Notes: generated by a model from the letters alone, not told the origin. A stretch of 64,000 nt of DNA from Thermoanaerobaculia bacterium (GCA_965232105.1 OZ246956.1:20101-84100); one strand, 5' to 3'; counted from the stretch's first letter, positions 19,350 through 29,571 are shown. Translations and numbers: made by a program.

Positions 19350-20527
19350 GCCACCTCGAACAGTCCCGCGGCGCCCATGCCGCCGCCGATGCACATCGTG
19401 ACGACGACGTTCTTCGCGCCGCGACGCTTGCCCTCGATCAACGCGTGACCGACCAGGCGCGCACCGCTCATGCCGTACGGATGGCCGATCGAGATCGCGC
19501 CTCCGTTCACGTTCAGCTTCTCGTTCGGGATGCCCAGCCGATCGCGGCAGTAAATCACCTGGACCGCGAACGCCTCGTTGAGCTCCCAGAGGTCGATGTC
19601 GTCCATCGTCAGGTCGAACCGCTTGAGCAGCTTGGGGACGGCGAAGACGGGACCGATGCCCATCTCGTCCGGTTCGCAGCCGGCGACCGCCATCCCCTTG
19701 TAGATGCCGAGCGGCTCGAGGCCACGCTGCTCGGCCAGCTTCGAGTCCATGACCACGCACGCCGACGCACCGTCGGAGAGCTGGCTGGCGTTGCCCGCCG
19801 TGATCGTGCCGTTCTCGCGTACTGGCTTCAGCCCGGAGAGGCCTTCGATCGTCGTGGTGGGGCGGTTGCCCTCATCCTGGCTCAACTCGACCTCGCCGAA
19901 GCTGATGTCGCCGGTCGCCCTGTCGAGGATCATCTTCGTCGCATTCATCGCGATGATCTCGTCGTCGAAGGCGCCCGATTCCTGGCCGGCGGCGGTCCGC
20001 TGCTGGCTCTGCAGCCCGTACTCGTCCTGCTGCTCGCGACTGATGTCGTAGCGCTTCGCCACGACTTCCGCGGTGTCGATCATCGGCAGGTGGAGATCCG
20101 GCTTGTTCTCCCGGATCCAGGGATCGGGAGTCCGGAAGTGGTTCATCTTGTCGTTCTGGACGAGGCTGATCGAGTCGATGCCGCCGGCGACCACGACCGG
20201 CGCCCCATCGACCATGACCTGCTTGGCGGCGGTGGCGATCGCCATCATGCCCGACGAGCACTGCCGGTCCATCGTCATCCCCGAGACCTCGACCGGCATG
20301 CCGGCACGAATCGCGCACTGCCGAGCGACGTTGTTGCCCTGGGAGCCCTGCTGCATGGCGCAGCCCATCACGACGTCGTCGACCTCGCCCTTCTCGACAC
20401 CGGCGCGTTCGACCGCGGCGGCAATCGCAGCCGCGCCCATGGTCGGCGATTCGAGGTTGTTGAAGGCGCCGCGATAGGCCTTTCCGATCGGCGTACGGGC
20501 GGTGGAAACGATGACGGCGTCAGTCAT
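19346..20527 (-). CDS. Acetyl-CoA C-acetyltransferase (thiolase)
   Basis: [22 protein letters not shown]..., ...[11 protein letters not shown]... (active Cys), ...NEAFA..., ...[18 protein letters not shown]...[13 protein letters not shown]. Confidence 0.95.
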   Translation of the reverse strand: MTDAVIVSTARTPIGKAYRGAFNNLESPTMGAAAIAAAVERAGVEKGEVDDVVMGCAMQQGSQGNNVARQCAIRAGMPVEVSGMTMDRQCSSGMMAIATAAKQVMVDGAPVVVAGGIDSISLVQNDKMNHFRTPDPWIRENKPDLHLPMIDTAEVVAKRYDISREQQDEYGLQSQQRTAAGQESGAFDDEIIAMNATKMILDRATGDISFGEVELSQDEGNRPTTTIEGLSGLKPVRENGTITAGNASQLSDGASACVVMDSKLAEQRGLEPLGIYKGMAVAGCEPDEMGIGPVFAVPKLLKRFDLTMDDIDLWELNEAFAVQVIYCRDRLGIPNEKLNVNGGAISIGHPYGMSGARLVGHALIEGKRRGAKNVVVTMCIGGGMGAAGLFEVA

Positions 20528-20616
20528 GGAGTAGCTCCCTGGCTTCGATTGGTTGCGGTGGTTCGATGTCGTCGACGTTGAAGGAGAATAGCACCTACCG
20601 TACGGTCGGTCGGTTC

Positions 20617-21468
20617 CTAATCCTCCAACCAGGCGTTGAAGGCCGGCGTCCGCTTGGCGCGGAAGGCCGCCACACCCTCACGGGAGTCCGGGTGATGGTC
20701 GGCCATCGGTGTCCGGGCCGCGATGTCCTCGAGGGACTGCTCCCAAGTCTGGTCGGCGGCGTTGTAGAGGCTGCGCTTGAGCAGGCGCATCGCCACCTGC
20801 GGCCCGTTCGCGAGTTCGCGGGCAAGATCCATGGCCCGCGGCATCAACTCGTCCGGTTCCACGACCTCGTGGACGAGACCCAGGTCGAGCGCGTCCGCCG
20901 CGCCGACGAGCCGGTTGCGCATGAGGAAGTCGATCGTCTTCGGCAAACCCATCATCTGCAGCAGCAGGTAGTGGCCGCCCTCGTCCGGCAGCAGGCCGAA
21001 GCGGAGCGTGCCGCTGCCCATGCGCGCCGCCGTCGAGGCGATCCGAAAGTCACAACTCAGCGCCAGCGAGAAGCCGGTCTGGACCGCCACGCCGTTCATC
21101 GCCGCGATCGTCAACTTGTCCAGGCCCCGGATCGCCGTGTTGATGGGCTGCGAGATCTTGCGCAGCCCGTTGATCGTGCCGAGCACGTTGTCGTGACCGC
21201 GGTGAATGTCAGGCACCAGCGCCTCGCCGCGCCGGCCCTTGTCCTGGCCGCTGATGTCGTCGCCGGCCGAGAAGGCCCTGCCGCTACCAGTGAACAGCAC
21301 GACCCGCACGGAATCCTCCATCGCGGCCTGGTTGAGCGTCTCCAGCAGGTCACGCTTCATCGGCGCGTCCATGCCGTTGAGCCGGTCCGGCCGGTTGAAC
21401 GTGACGACGAGGATCCCCGGATCCTCCAACGACACCTCGAAGCCTCTGCACTCACCCGTCCGAATCAT
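20617..21468 (-). CDS. Enoyl-CoA hydratase/isomerase family
   Basis: ...[14 protein letters not shown]..., ...[15 protein letters not shown]..., ...[28 protein letters not shown].... Confidence 0.9.
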   Translation of the reverse strand: MIRTGECRGFEVSLEDPGILVVTFNRPDRLNGMDAPMKRDLLETLNQAAMEDSVRVVLFTGSGRAFSAGDDISGQDKGRRGEALVPDIHRGHDNVLGTINGLRKISQPINTAIRGLDKLTIAAMNGVAVQTGFSLALSCDFRIASTAARMGSGTLRFGLLPDEGGHYLLLQMMGLPKTIDFLMRNRLVGAADALDLGLVHEVVEPDELMPRAMDLARELANGPQVAMRLLKRSLYNAADQTWEQSLEDIAARTPMADHHPDSREGVAAFRAKRTPAFNAWLED

Positions 21469-21642
21469 GCCCGCCGCTCCTTCCCGTGCCGTCGTTGTTC
21501 GATGAAGGCCGGTGATTGTGGCACAGCGGGCCGCGGGCCGAACCTGCGCGAACGGTCCTCTCGCATGCTACCGTCCGCCCATCGTAATCGGGCCCGTTCC
21601 AGGGGCCTCATCGACATCAGCAATCAGGAGAACGACCCGCCA

Positions 21643-22017
21643 ATGAGACGGTTCATCATCGGGCTGTCGGCATGCGTCCTGGCAACGACCCTCGTGTCGA
21701 CGGCCCTGGTCGCATCCGGCTCCATCGCCGCCGGCAAGGGGATGAATCCCCGAGATGCCTACACCATGGGCAAGGCCCTGACCTTCCAGAAGCTCGTCTG
21801 CGCGTCCTGCCCGCTGCAGAAGCGTGATCTCGACCGGAACCGCGCCATGAGCCTCAAGGACAGCCTCGAGGCGCGGGACGAAGCGACCAAGCCCGGCACG
21901 GCGGACGACGAACACATCGGCGTCCTCTGCCCCGGCGCTGGCGCCGCCCAGTGCGACGGCAAGCCGGACGAGCAGGAACTCGTCCACTTCTATCTGACCC
22001 GGCGCTACAAGCTGTAG
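21643..22017 (+). CDS. Small secreted Cys-containing protein (hypothetical)
   Basis: Only the last 124 codons of track ORF 20566..22017 are used. ATG 21643 is preceded by caggag. MRRFIIGLSACVLATTLVSTALVASG is a signal peptide. Four Cys (CASCP..., ...LCPGAGAAQC). Confidence 0.5.
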   Translation: MRRFIIGLSACVLATTLVSTALVASGSIAAGKGMNPRDAYTMGKALTFQKLVCASCPLQKRDLDRNRAMSLKDSLEARDEATKPGTADDEHIGVLCPGAGAAQCDGKPDEQELVHFYLTRRYKL

Positions 22018-22031
22018 GAAGGGACACACCG

Positions 22032-22937
22032 ATGCCCCGCGATAGCCGTACCGGCGGGAAGGCGTCCGTGCGCTTTCCGATCCTTCCCGTCATCCTCCTC
22101 GCCGCCGCGCCGTCGGCGGCCCCCGTCCTCGGCCAGGCGTCTCCCTGGCTTCCCGCTCCAGGCGCCGGGGACATCACCGTCTCCTACGTCTCCCAGGAGG
22201 CTACCGAGTTCTACCGCCAGACCGAGAAGAGGCCGACCCCCGGCGGCGGCAACGATCTCGAGCAGCAGACGCTCTGGGTCACCGGAAGTTACGGCCTGTC
22301 GGACGCCTGGGCGCTCGACCTGCGCGTCGGAACGGCCGAGAGCACCTTCCCTGCCGGACCCATGGCGCCCTTCCCGCCCAAGGAGAACCTGAGCGGACTC
22401 GTCGACCTCTCCGCCGGCATCGTGTGGCGGATGACCGACGAACTGACCGGCAGTGGGGCGACCACGGCCCTGCGGGGCGGAGTGATCATTGCCGGCGACT
22501 ACACGACCGGTTACATCAGCTCGCTGGGCGACGGCGGCGACGGCGCGGAGCTGTCCGTCATCGTCGGCAAGCTCGTCGGCGATCGGGTCGCCGTCTCCGG
22601 CGAACTCGGCTACCGCCACCGCAACAGCAACGTCCCCGCGGACACCTTCCTGAACCTCTCGGCAGGCGTGGCGATGGGCGCGGGCTCGGGCCTCAGCCTG
22701 GACTACCGGATGGTCGACGCCGAGTCCTCGGGACTCGACATCGGCGTGCCGCCCTTCACGCCGGCCCGGTTCCCGGAACTGGAAGAGGACATCCAACTCC
22801 TGATCGGCACGCTGAGCTTCAGCCTGACGGACACGACGAACCTCGGCGTCTCCTACGGCGCCGTGCTGGACGGTCGCAACACGGCGGCCAGCGACGTCGT
22901 CAGCGTCTCGGTCGGCTTCTCGTTCGACACCTACTGA
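22032..22937 (+). CDS. Outer-membrane beta-barrel protein (hypothetical)
   Basis: ATG 22032 is 14 nt after the previous stop. The signal ends ...AAPVLGQA. Alternating beta-strand pattern, with a C-terminal ...VSVGFSFDTY aromatic terminus typical of OMPs. Confidence 0.6.
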   Translation: MPRDSRTGGKASVRFPILPVILLAAAPSAAPVLGQASPWLPAPGAGDITVSYVSQEATEFYRQTEKRPTPGGGNDLEQQTLWVTGSYGLSDAWALDLRVGTAESTFPAGPMAPFPPKENLSGLVDLSAGIVWRMTDELTGSGATTALRGGVIIAGDYTTGYISSLGDGGDGAELSVIVGKLVGDRVAVSGELGYRHRNSNVPADTFLNLSAGVAMGAGSGLSLDYRMVDAESSGLDIGVPPFTPARFPELEEDIQLLIGTLSFSLTDTTNLGVSYGAVLDGRNTAASDVVSVSVGFSFDTY

Positions 22938-23076
22938 TCGCGGGCAACCCGAGCGCGGCGGAACGACCCGGCGCCGGCGCTTGGCGCCCGATGACGGGTG
23001 CACGGAGCGGTTCGCGTGCGGCGCAGATTGCGCCACAAGGGGTTCCCAGGTCGGAGCGTTCCGCCGCGCATGGCTT

Positions 23077-23898
23077 CTACGGGGCGTTCAGGCTCCAGTC
23101 GTACTCGTAGTCGACCGAGCCTTCGAAGCCCTCGAGACGCCCGGCGAGGTGCTCGTCGGCGTACTCGACGAGGTGCGCCACCACGGACTCCTCCGTATCG
23201 CCGAAGTCCTCGGCGTACCAGTCATAGATGCTCGAGATGACGATGAAGTCCTCGTCGACGAAATCGACTCCCCGTGGGTTGTTCACGTAGTCGCGAGCCC
23301 CCTGCTCCAGCAGCGATTCCGTGTTGGCGGCCGTGAAGGCTGTCGCCAGCAGATGGGGACAGCCGTACGCGGCGCAGTTCACGGCGTAGTGAATCCGCTT
23401 GTCTTTCCATAGAGGCCGCAGGATGCCGTGCTCGATGTCGTCCAGGGTCAGATCCCGGCCGTTCACGCTGGCGTGCACGTCACCCCAGGGCCCGGTGTTC
23501 GGAACGACTCCCACGTGGATCTCCTTGATGGAATCCACCGGATACTCCGAGAGCACGACGTGGACCGTCAGCGCGTTGTAGAGGTTGATCCAGTACGCCA
23601 TCTGTTCGGCCCGCGGGTAGGCCAGCGGATCGAGCCCCTGCAGGTACCGAAGGTATGCAGCCAGCTTCGCCCGGTCGCCGTCGCTCGCCGAAAACGAGGC
23701 GTAGTCCACCAGGTTGACGCCGGAATCGTCGGCGCGGACGTAGACGTCCAGCAGCTCCTGCCAGGCGCCGTGATCGATCCGTTCCGTATTCGTTTCGTCG
23801 CTGGCGTTCCAGCCCGCGATCTCATCGGGTTCCGGGGCGCCGCAGGCAGCGGAAAGAGCCGCCGCAACCAGAACGCCCGCCCACCGGCGAGCCGTCAT
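23077..23898 (-). CDS. DUF547 domain lipoprotein
   Basis: Start reassigned to MTARRWAGVLVAAALSAC at 23896-23898, an ATGA overlap with the upstream gene. ...AYWINLYNALTV...YPVDSIKEI...RIHYAVNCAAYGCPHL... is the DUF547 core as I recall it. Confidence 0.72.
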   Translation of the reverse strand: MTARRWAGVLVAAALSAACGAPEPDEIAGWNASDETNTERIDHGAWQELLDVYVRADDSGVNLVDYASFSASDGDRAKLAAYLRYLQGLDPLAYPRAEQMAYWINLYNALTVHVVLSEYPVDSIKEIHVGVVPNTGPWGDVHASVNGRDLTLDDIEHGILRPLWKDKRIHYAVNCAAYGCPHLLATAFTAANTESLLEQGARDYVNNPRGVDFVDEDFIVISSIYDWYAEDFGDTEESVVAHLVEYADEHLAGRLEGFEGSVDYEYDWSLNAP

Positions 23899-25265
23899 TC
23901 CATGTCTCCTCGCATCGTTCCTCCCGTTTCCGGCGGACGCGCCCGAAGCCGCGCCAGCCGCTGTCTCCGCAAGAACAGGTCGACCGCCAAGGCCGACCCG
24001 ATCAGACCGAACTGCAGTCCGCGAACCCATGCCGGCTGTTCGTAGGCCTGCAACGCGTAGTCCGGGATGTTGAGTCCCGTCACGTAACTGAGCAGCACGG
24101 CCACCGAAGCCGTCCACGCCCAGGCCGTCGGGAAGAGTACCGCGAAGGGCAGCAGCCAAAGCAGGTACCACGCGTTGATCACAGGCGACAGCAGGAGCAG
24201 CGCACCGAACAGCCAGTCGCCGCGGGGAACTCCCCGCTCATCGCGCCGGACATGGATGTGGCGAACGGCCCAGGCAAGCCAGAAGGCGACGAACGCGGCG
24301 CCGACGACAAGCCGCGCATGCGAAGCCTCCAGGAACGTCCCGAGCACCCCGAACACGGCCGAGTTGAACTCCCAGTCGCGCGTGAACGTCCCAAGCGACG
24401 TGAGATCGGTGCCTCCGGCGAGGACGAACGGCAGGTAGGCCGCCGCCACCGTGGCCGCGAAGAGCAGCCAGTGGCGGACCCGCCCGCCGACCAGGATCAG
24501 CGGCGCCACGACGAGCGCGAACGCCTTCGTCGCCACCGCCAGCCCGAGCAGGACGGCCGCGACCGACCAGCGACGGGCCCGCGCGAGCAGAACCGCCGCC
24601 AGCAGCAGGCAGACGCCGACGCCGTCCGGATGAGCGGTGAAGGCGATCTCCTTGACGACCAGCGGGCACCACGCGTAGAGGAGGACGTTCCGGGCCGGTG
24701 CCAGGCGGAGCAGCAGGGCGACGGCGGCCAGATCGACCGCGATCAGGATCGCCTGCAGCACGGCAACGCTCGCCGGCTTGATCCAGTAGGCGACCAGGAA
24801 GACGACCTGGGTGACCGGCGCGTAGATCGTCGGCAGTTCCGGGTAGTTCACGCCATCCAGGACGCCCTGGAAGAGCGCAGGCACCGCCGGGTCGATGAAG
24901 AACTCCTCGGGTGCCATGCCGTACGGCGTACCCGCGGTAGCGAACCGGAATCCGTCCCACAGGTAGCGATAGAAGTCGTCCTCGTAGAACGGACCACCGA
25001 TCAATCCGCAGAGGCGGAAGGCGACCGCCCAGAAGAACAGTCGACCGACCGGGAAGGACTCCCCCGTCTTTCGGAAGTGGAAGAACAGGCCGAAGACCGG
25101 AAGACCGATCCAGGCGACGAGCAGGAAGAACGCCCGCAGGTCGGGCTCACCGGGCTGTCGCGCGAGCGCGGCCAGGGCCGCGTACCCGAGAACGCACCAG
25201 AGACCCACCCCATCCGTGTACCGAAGCGACCTCCGCGAGGGCCGCTCGACTCCAGGATCAGCCAA
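23895..25265 (-). CDS. Polytopic membrane GT-C-fold glycosyltransferase-like protein (PIG-M/PimE/DUF2029-like)
   Basis: About 11 TM helices. The first loop motif FYEDDFYRYLWDGFRFATAGTPY resembles the acidic D(x)DY...G.sPY loop of PIG-M/GT87-type mannosyltransferases. Confidence 0.6.
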   Translation of the reverse strand: MADPGVERPSRRSLRYTDGVGLWCVLGYAALAALARQPGEPDLRAFFLLVAWIGLPVFGLFFHFRKTGESFPVGRLFFWAVAFRLCGLIGGPFYEDDFYRYLWDGFRFATAGTPYGMAPEEFFIDPAVPALFQGVLDGVNYPELPTIYAPVTQVVFLVAYWIKPASVAVLQAILIAVDLAAVALLLRLAPARNVLLYAWCPLVVKEIAFTAHPDGVGVCLLLAAVLLARARRWSVAAVLLGLAVATKAFALVVAPLILVGGRVRHWLLFAATVAAAYLPFVLAGGTDLTSLGTFTRDWEFNSAVFGVLGTFLEASHARLVVGAAFVAFWLAWAVRHIHVRRDERGVPRGDWLFGALLLLSPVINAWYLLWLLPFAVLFPTAWAWTASVAVLLSYVTGLNIPDYALQAYEQPAWVRGLQFGLIGSALAVDLFLRRQRLARLRARPPETGGTMRGDME

Positions 25266-26253
25266 CCCACTCCGTCCAGCCGGACCCGCGATGACCGAAA
25301 TCGAAGACCTCCGGGTGCAGCAGTTCGGCCAGGATCTCCGCCGACTCGACGACCCGGGGACCCGGCCGGTTGAAGTACTGGTTGCCGTCGGTCAGGAAGA
25401 CGCGGCCATTCTTCACCGCGGAAAGGTCGGACCAGCCGGGACGGGCCGCGAGGGGCGGCATCTCAGCCGCGGTGCGCGGAATGTCGAAGCCACAGGGCAT
25501 GACCGCGATGACGTCGGGATCGGCCTCCATCATCTTCTCGAACTCGAAGTAGCCGGAGTGTCTTCCCGCCTCGCCGAGCATCACCGAGCCGCCGGCGATC
25601 TCTACGAGCTCCGGCACCCAGTTCTCGGCGTGCATCAGCGGGTCGATCCACTCGATGCAGGCGATCGTGGGCCGTTCGGCGAGCTGCCCGGAACGCTCGC
25701 CGATCGCGTCGAGGCGCGCCGTCAGGCCGGCGTTCAGCCGCTCGGCCCGCTCCGGGCGACCGACCGCCTCGGCAACCGTGCGGATATCCGTGAACACGTC
25801 GCCCAGGTCCATCGGCGCGAGCGAGACGATCCGGGGCTCGGAACCCGGGTGGCGCGAACCCGCGCCACCCGCGAACCAGTCCGAGCGCTCGTCATCGAGC
25901 GCCTGGATGGAACTCACGAGCTCGCAGACCGCCTCCTCCACGTCCTTCAGGCTGACCGCGCAGACCTCGCACTGGGTCTGGGTCACGATGACCGTCGGCG
26001 CGAGTTCGTCGAGCAGCCGGCCGTCCACCCGGTAGACCGATAGAGCATCCGCCACGATCGAGCGCACCTGGTCGTCGATGGCCCGGCTCGAACCGTCGAC
26101 GTCCACCTTCGAAGACGAGCACACCGGGAGCTTCTCGACCGACGGCGGGAAGTCGCACTCGTGCGATCGGCCCACCATGCAGTCCTCGAAGCCGAGCGCG
26201 CACACGATCTCCGTTGCGCTCGCGATCAGCGAGAGAATGCGCGGCTCGGTCAT
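25258..26253 (-). CDS. Periplasmic-binding-protein type 2 (BtuF/cobalamin/siderophore-binding-like) protein without obvious signal peptide
   Basis: Only the last 331 codons of track ORF 25258..27588 are used (ATG 26251-26253). MTEPRILSLIASATEIVCALGFEDCMVGRSHECDFP... and ...RVFLTDGNQYFNRPGPR... resemble the Peripla_BP_2 family. Confidence 0.72.
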   Translation of the reverse strand: MTEPRILSLIASATEIVCALGFEDCMVGRSHECDFPPSVEKLPVCSSSKVDVDGSSRAIDDQVRSIVADALSVYRVDGRLLDELAPTVIVTQTQCEVCAVSLKDVEEAVCELVSSIQALDDERSDWFAGGAGSRHPGSEPRIVSLAPMDLGDVFTDIRTVAEAVGRPERAERLNAGLTARLDAIGERSGQLAERPTIACIEWIDPLMHAENWVPELVEIAGGSVMLGEAGRHSGYFEFEKMMEADPDVIAVMPCGFDIPRTAAEMPPLAARPGWSDLSAVKNGRVFLTDGNQYFNRPGPRVVESAEILAELLHPEVFDFGHRGSGWTEWVG

Positions 26254-26264
26254 CGCCGCCGAGG

Positions 26265-28559
26265 CTACCGCCTTCCGAGCAGCAGGACCGCCGCCGCCGG
26301 AAGCACCGTGACCGACGCCAGCAGGCAGGCCGGCAAACCGATCAGCATGACCGCGGCCATCGTCTCCAGGCCCGGATGGTCGGTGAACAGCAGGATCGAG
26401 AAGCTGGCCGCCGTGGTCAGCGTCGTCATCGCGATCGCCCGCCCCACGGACAGGGCAGCCACGCGAATCGGCTGAGCCGGATCGTCCAGGAACCTGTGGA
26501 CGACGTGGATGCCATCGTCGATGCCGAGCCCGAAGATCAGCGGCAGGACGAGCCAGGTCATCACGTTGAACGGAATGCCGATCCAGCACAGCACGCCCAG
26601 GGTGAACGGTACGGCGGCCAGCACCGGCAACACCGCCAGCAGGACCGAGGCGGGTCGCCGGAAGTCGACGCAGAGGACGAGCAGCACGAATCCCAAAATC
26701 GAAAGAGCGATCCACGGGATCCACGGCCGGGCACCGATCATCATCCCTTCGACGACGGCCAGCAGGCCGCTGGCGCCAGGGTCGATCGCCTGCACCACCT
26801 CGCGCTGACGCCGGGCCAGGGCGCCGTCCGCCTTCGAGTCCGTCGCGTAGGCGTAGACCAGGAACTCCCCGGTGGGCGCGATGAACTTCTCGCGCAGCCC
26901 GGGCGGCAGCGAGTCGAGGGACGGCGGGCCGGCAGCCGCGGCTCGGCGGAGCGCTCCCACCGCCAGCGCCCACGGATCGCCCGTTCCCGCGACGGGCGCG
27001 GCCGTCCGGTCCTCGGGGCCGAACACCCGGTCCAGCCCCTCGGCCCGCTCCCCGAGATCTGCCGGCAGGATGGAGCCGAGGCTGATCGTCTCGCTGAACA
27101 GCGGGTGCCCGTCGAGCCGGCGCGCGAAGTCGCGGGCCTGATCGAGACTCTCCGCCGCCAGGATCCACGGCGCACCGTTGGTCCCCAGGACCTCCTGAAT
27201 CCGGTCGACCATCGCGATCGCCGGCACACCGCGATTCATGATCCGCTCCAGCCGCGTCTCGACCTGCAGCCGCGGCAACCCCGCGAGGGCCACCGCGAGT
27301 AAGACGGCGCTTACCAGCAGACAGCGCACCGGGCGCACCGTCGCCCACCGCACTACGGATGGGAGGCCGGGAACGCGGACCGGCGTCGCGCGCCCGCCGG
27401 CGGCCCCGGCCGCGGGCGTCGAGCGCCGCCGACTCCGTCGCTCCCGCAACACCCAGACCGAGGGCAGGATCAGCAGCGTCAGCGGCAGGCAGAAGAGCAG
27501 GCCCAAGCCGCCCGACAGGCCAAGATGGAGCGCCACCGGGTCCGGCGCGGCGGCCGCGATCAGAAAGGCGCCCGCGGTCGTGATGCAACCGGCCACCACG
27601 CCGCGGCCGGCGCCTCTCACCGTCCTGCGGAGCGCTTCCTCGAACGGACGGCCGCGAGCCAGCTCCTCCCTCTGGCGCACGAACAGGTGAACGGCGAAGT
27701 CGATGCCGAGACCGAACACGGTGACGCCGAAGAACGTCTCCATCACCGTCAGCTTCCCGGTCAGGAGGCCGACCGCGCCCAGAGCGGCGCCAATCGAGAG
27801 GACCAGGACCGCGGCCACCGACAGCATGCCGCCCGGCCGCTTCTCGACGATCCGGAAGAGAAGCAGCACGAGCACGAGGCTGATCGGGGTCAGGCGCTTG
27901 ATCGCGCCCAGGGTCTGCTCCTGGTCACCCGCCGATAGTGCCGGCAGGCCCGAGAAGCCGGCCATCACACCCGAGCCGGCCAGTGCGCTCTCGACCGCCG
28001 CTTCGAGTTCGAAGAACGCGCTCTGGCCCACCTCCTCCGCCAGCGGGTCCGTGGCCATCTTGATTTCGACCAGACGGGCGCCGGGCACACTCGCGACCGC
28101 GACGCGAAGCGCCAAGGCCGAAGCCACGAACTCGGCCGCGTTCGAAAGGTCGGCCGGCCGTTCGGCGAGCCCGAGCCAGCGGTCGAACAGGGACCGCTCG
28201 ACCAGCCACGGCGCCTGCTCCTCGAGCCAGTCCAGCGGCAGGGGGCGGCGAGCCGCGGCGACCGACGGCAAGGCCTGTGCGGCGCGAATCGTGCGCTCGA
28301 CCGCGTCGTCGAGCAGCTCCTCCTCGCCCTCGAGCAGTACCAGCAGCAGCCCGCCGAGCTCGTAGCGCTCCGACATCTCGAAGTACCGGCCGACGTGCTC
28401 GTTGTCACGATTCATCACCCCCATGAAGGTGAGGTCGACCGGCGTTGCCGGCAGCAGCATCGCCAGGGCGAGCGCCGGCACGACCGCCCATCCGATCGCG
28501 CTCCAGGGCGACCGGATCGTCCAGCGCGCGACCGCGTCGAGCGCCCGCCGCAAACTCAC
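26265..28559 (-). CDS. MMPL/RND-superfamily transporter (HpnN-like lipid exporter type)
   Basis: 764 aa with two 6-TM bundles, each preceded by a large soluble loop. Motifs such as ...FFGVTVFGLGIDFAVHLF... and ...PLIFGLGIDDGIHVVHRF... are typical of MMPL/SSD transporters. Confidence 0.85.
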   Translation of the reverse strand: MSLRRALDAVARWTIRSPWSAIGWAVVPALALAMLLPATPVDLTFMGVMNRDNEHVGRYFEMSERYELGGLLLVLLEGEEELLDDAVERTIRAAQALPSVAAARRPLPLDWLEEQAPWLVERSLFDRWLGLAERPADLSNAAEFVASALALRVAVASVPGARLVEIKMATDPLAEEVGQSAFFELEAAVESALAGSGVMAGFSGLPALSAGDQEQTLGAIKRLTPISLVLVLLLFRIVEKRPGGMLSVAAVLVLSIGAALGAVGLLTGKLTVMETFFGVTVFGLGIDFAVHLFVRQREELARGRPFEEALRRTVRGAGRGVVAGCITTAGAFLIAAAAPDPVALHLGLSGGLGLLFCLPLTLLILPSVWVLRERRSRRRSTPAAGAAGGRATPVRVPGLPSVVRWATVRPVRCLLVSAVLLAVALAGLPRLQVETRLERIMNRGVPAIAMVDRIQEVLGTNGAPWILAAESLDQARDFARRLDGHPLFSETISLGSILPADLGERAEGLDRVFGPEDRTAAPVAGTGDPWALAVGALRRAAAAGPPSLDSLPPGLREKFIAPTGEFLVYAYATDSKADGALARRQREVVQAIDPGASGLLAVVEGMMIGARPWIPWIALSILGFVLLVLCVDFRRPASVLLAVLPVLAAVPFTLGVLCWIGIPFNVMTWLVLPLIFGLGIDDGIHVVHRFLDDPAQPIRVAALSVGRAIAMTTLTTAASFSILLFTDHPGLETMAAVMLIGLPACLLASVTVLPAAAVLLLGRR

Positions 28560-28646
28560 GGGAAAGGCCCCCGGAAACGCGGCGAACCAGGCGGCAAACG
28601 GCTGCTACAGTCCCGCGCGCCAACGCCCGAAGAACAAGGAGAAGAG

Positions 28647-29489
28647 ATGAAGTTCGGCATCATGTTCGCCAACACCGGCCCGTTCGTCGACGGCCCGCCG
28701 GCCGCGGCCCTGGCTCAGGCAGCCGAGACCGCCGGTTTCGACTCGCTATGGACCGTGGAGCACGTCGTCGTCCCGCGCGGCTACGCCTCCCCCTATCCTT
28801 ATGACGAGAGCGGCAAGATGCCCGGCGGGCGCGAGGACTTCGACATCCCCGACCCGCTCATCTGGCTATCCTACGTGGCCGCGGCGACCCAGAGCATCAA
28901 GCTCGCGACAGGCATCCTGATCGTCCCGCAGCGCAATCCGCTGGTCACCGCCAAGGCCGTCGCCACGCTCGACAAGCTCTCCGGCGGCCGCGCCATCCTC
29001 GGCGTCGGCGTCGGCTGGCTCGAAGAGGAGTTCAACGCCCTCGGCGTTCCCTTCGCCGGCCGCGGACGCCGCCTCGACGACTACCTGCACGCCTTCCGCG
29101 CCCTGTGGACCGAGGACTGCCCGAGCCACGACGGCGAATTCGTCTCCTTCTCCGACTGCTTCAGCCGGCCGCAGCCGACCCAGGGTTCCGTGCCGATCGT
29201 GGTCGGAGGCCACTCGGACCGCGCCGCACGGCGGGCCGGCGAGCTGGGCGACGGCTTCTTCCCCGCCCTCGGCGACATCGACAAGCTGAAGCACCTGCTC
29301 GGCGTCATGCGCGAGAGCGCCGAAGCCGCCGGCCGTGATCCGGACGCGATCGAGATCACCGCCAACGGCGGACCGCCGGACCACGTCGCCCGGATGGCGG
29401 AACTCGGCGTCTCCCGCGTCATCTTCCCGCCGATGCCGCCCGACAAGCTCTCCCAGTTCGGCGAAGACGTCATCTCCAGGTTCAGCTAA
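28647..29489 (+). CDS. LLM-class (luciferase-like) F420-dependent oxidoreductase
   Basis: ATG 28647 after aaggagaagag. MKFGIMFANTG...AGFDSLWTVEHVVVP...LATGILIVPQRNPLVTAKAVATLDKLSGGRAILGVGVGW.... Confidence 0.85.
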   Translation: MKFGIMFANTGPFVDGPPAAALAQAAETAGFDSLWTVEHVVVPRGYASPYPYDESGKMPGGREDFDIPDPLIWLSYVAAATQSIKLATGILIVPQRNPLVTAKAVATLDKLSGGRAILGVGVGWLEEEFNALGVPFAGRGRRLDDYLHAFRALWTEDCPSHDGEFVSFSDCFSRPQPTQGSVPIVVGGHSDRAARRAGELGDGFFPALGDIDKLKHLLGVMRESAEAAGRDPDAIEITANGGPPDHVARMAELGVSRVIFPPMPPDKLSQFGEDVISRFS

Positions 29490-29491
29490 AG

Positions 29492-29547
29492 ACTGGGTGC
29501 GCCGGCGTCCCCGCCGGCATCCGGAGCAACGCCGCGAAGCGGCGAGC
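29492..29547. repeat. 56-nt REP-like intergenic element (copy 1), directly after a stop codon; copy 2 at 53927-53982
   Basis: actgggtgcgccggc-N6-gccggcatc...gccgcgaagcggc.agc. About 44 of 56 positions are identical. The two stems (gccggc/gccggc and gccgc-gaa-gcggc) are conserved while the first loop differs. Confidence 0.8.
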
Positions 29548-29571
29548 CTGCGCGGTGGTAGGTTTTCGCCC

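Noticed and set aside
20566-22017. 483-aa plus-strand ORF taken as one protein
   Set aside because: Its first ~360 codons are antisense to the crotonase gene (20617..21468). Only the last 124 codons are plausible: they start at an RBS-preceded ATG (21643) with a signal peptide.
25258-27588. 776-aa minus-strand ORF taken as one protein
   Set aside because: The N-terminal 445 codons overlap the MMPL transporter gene in another frame and are Arg/Gly/Pro-rich. The real gene starts at MTEPRILSL (26253).
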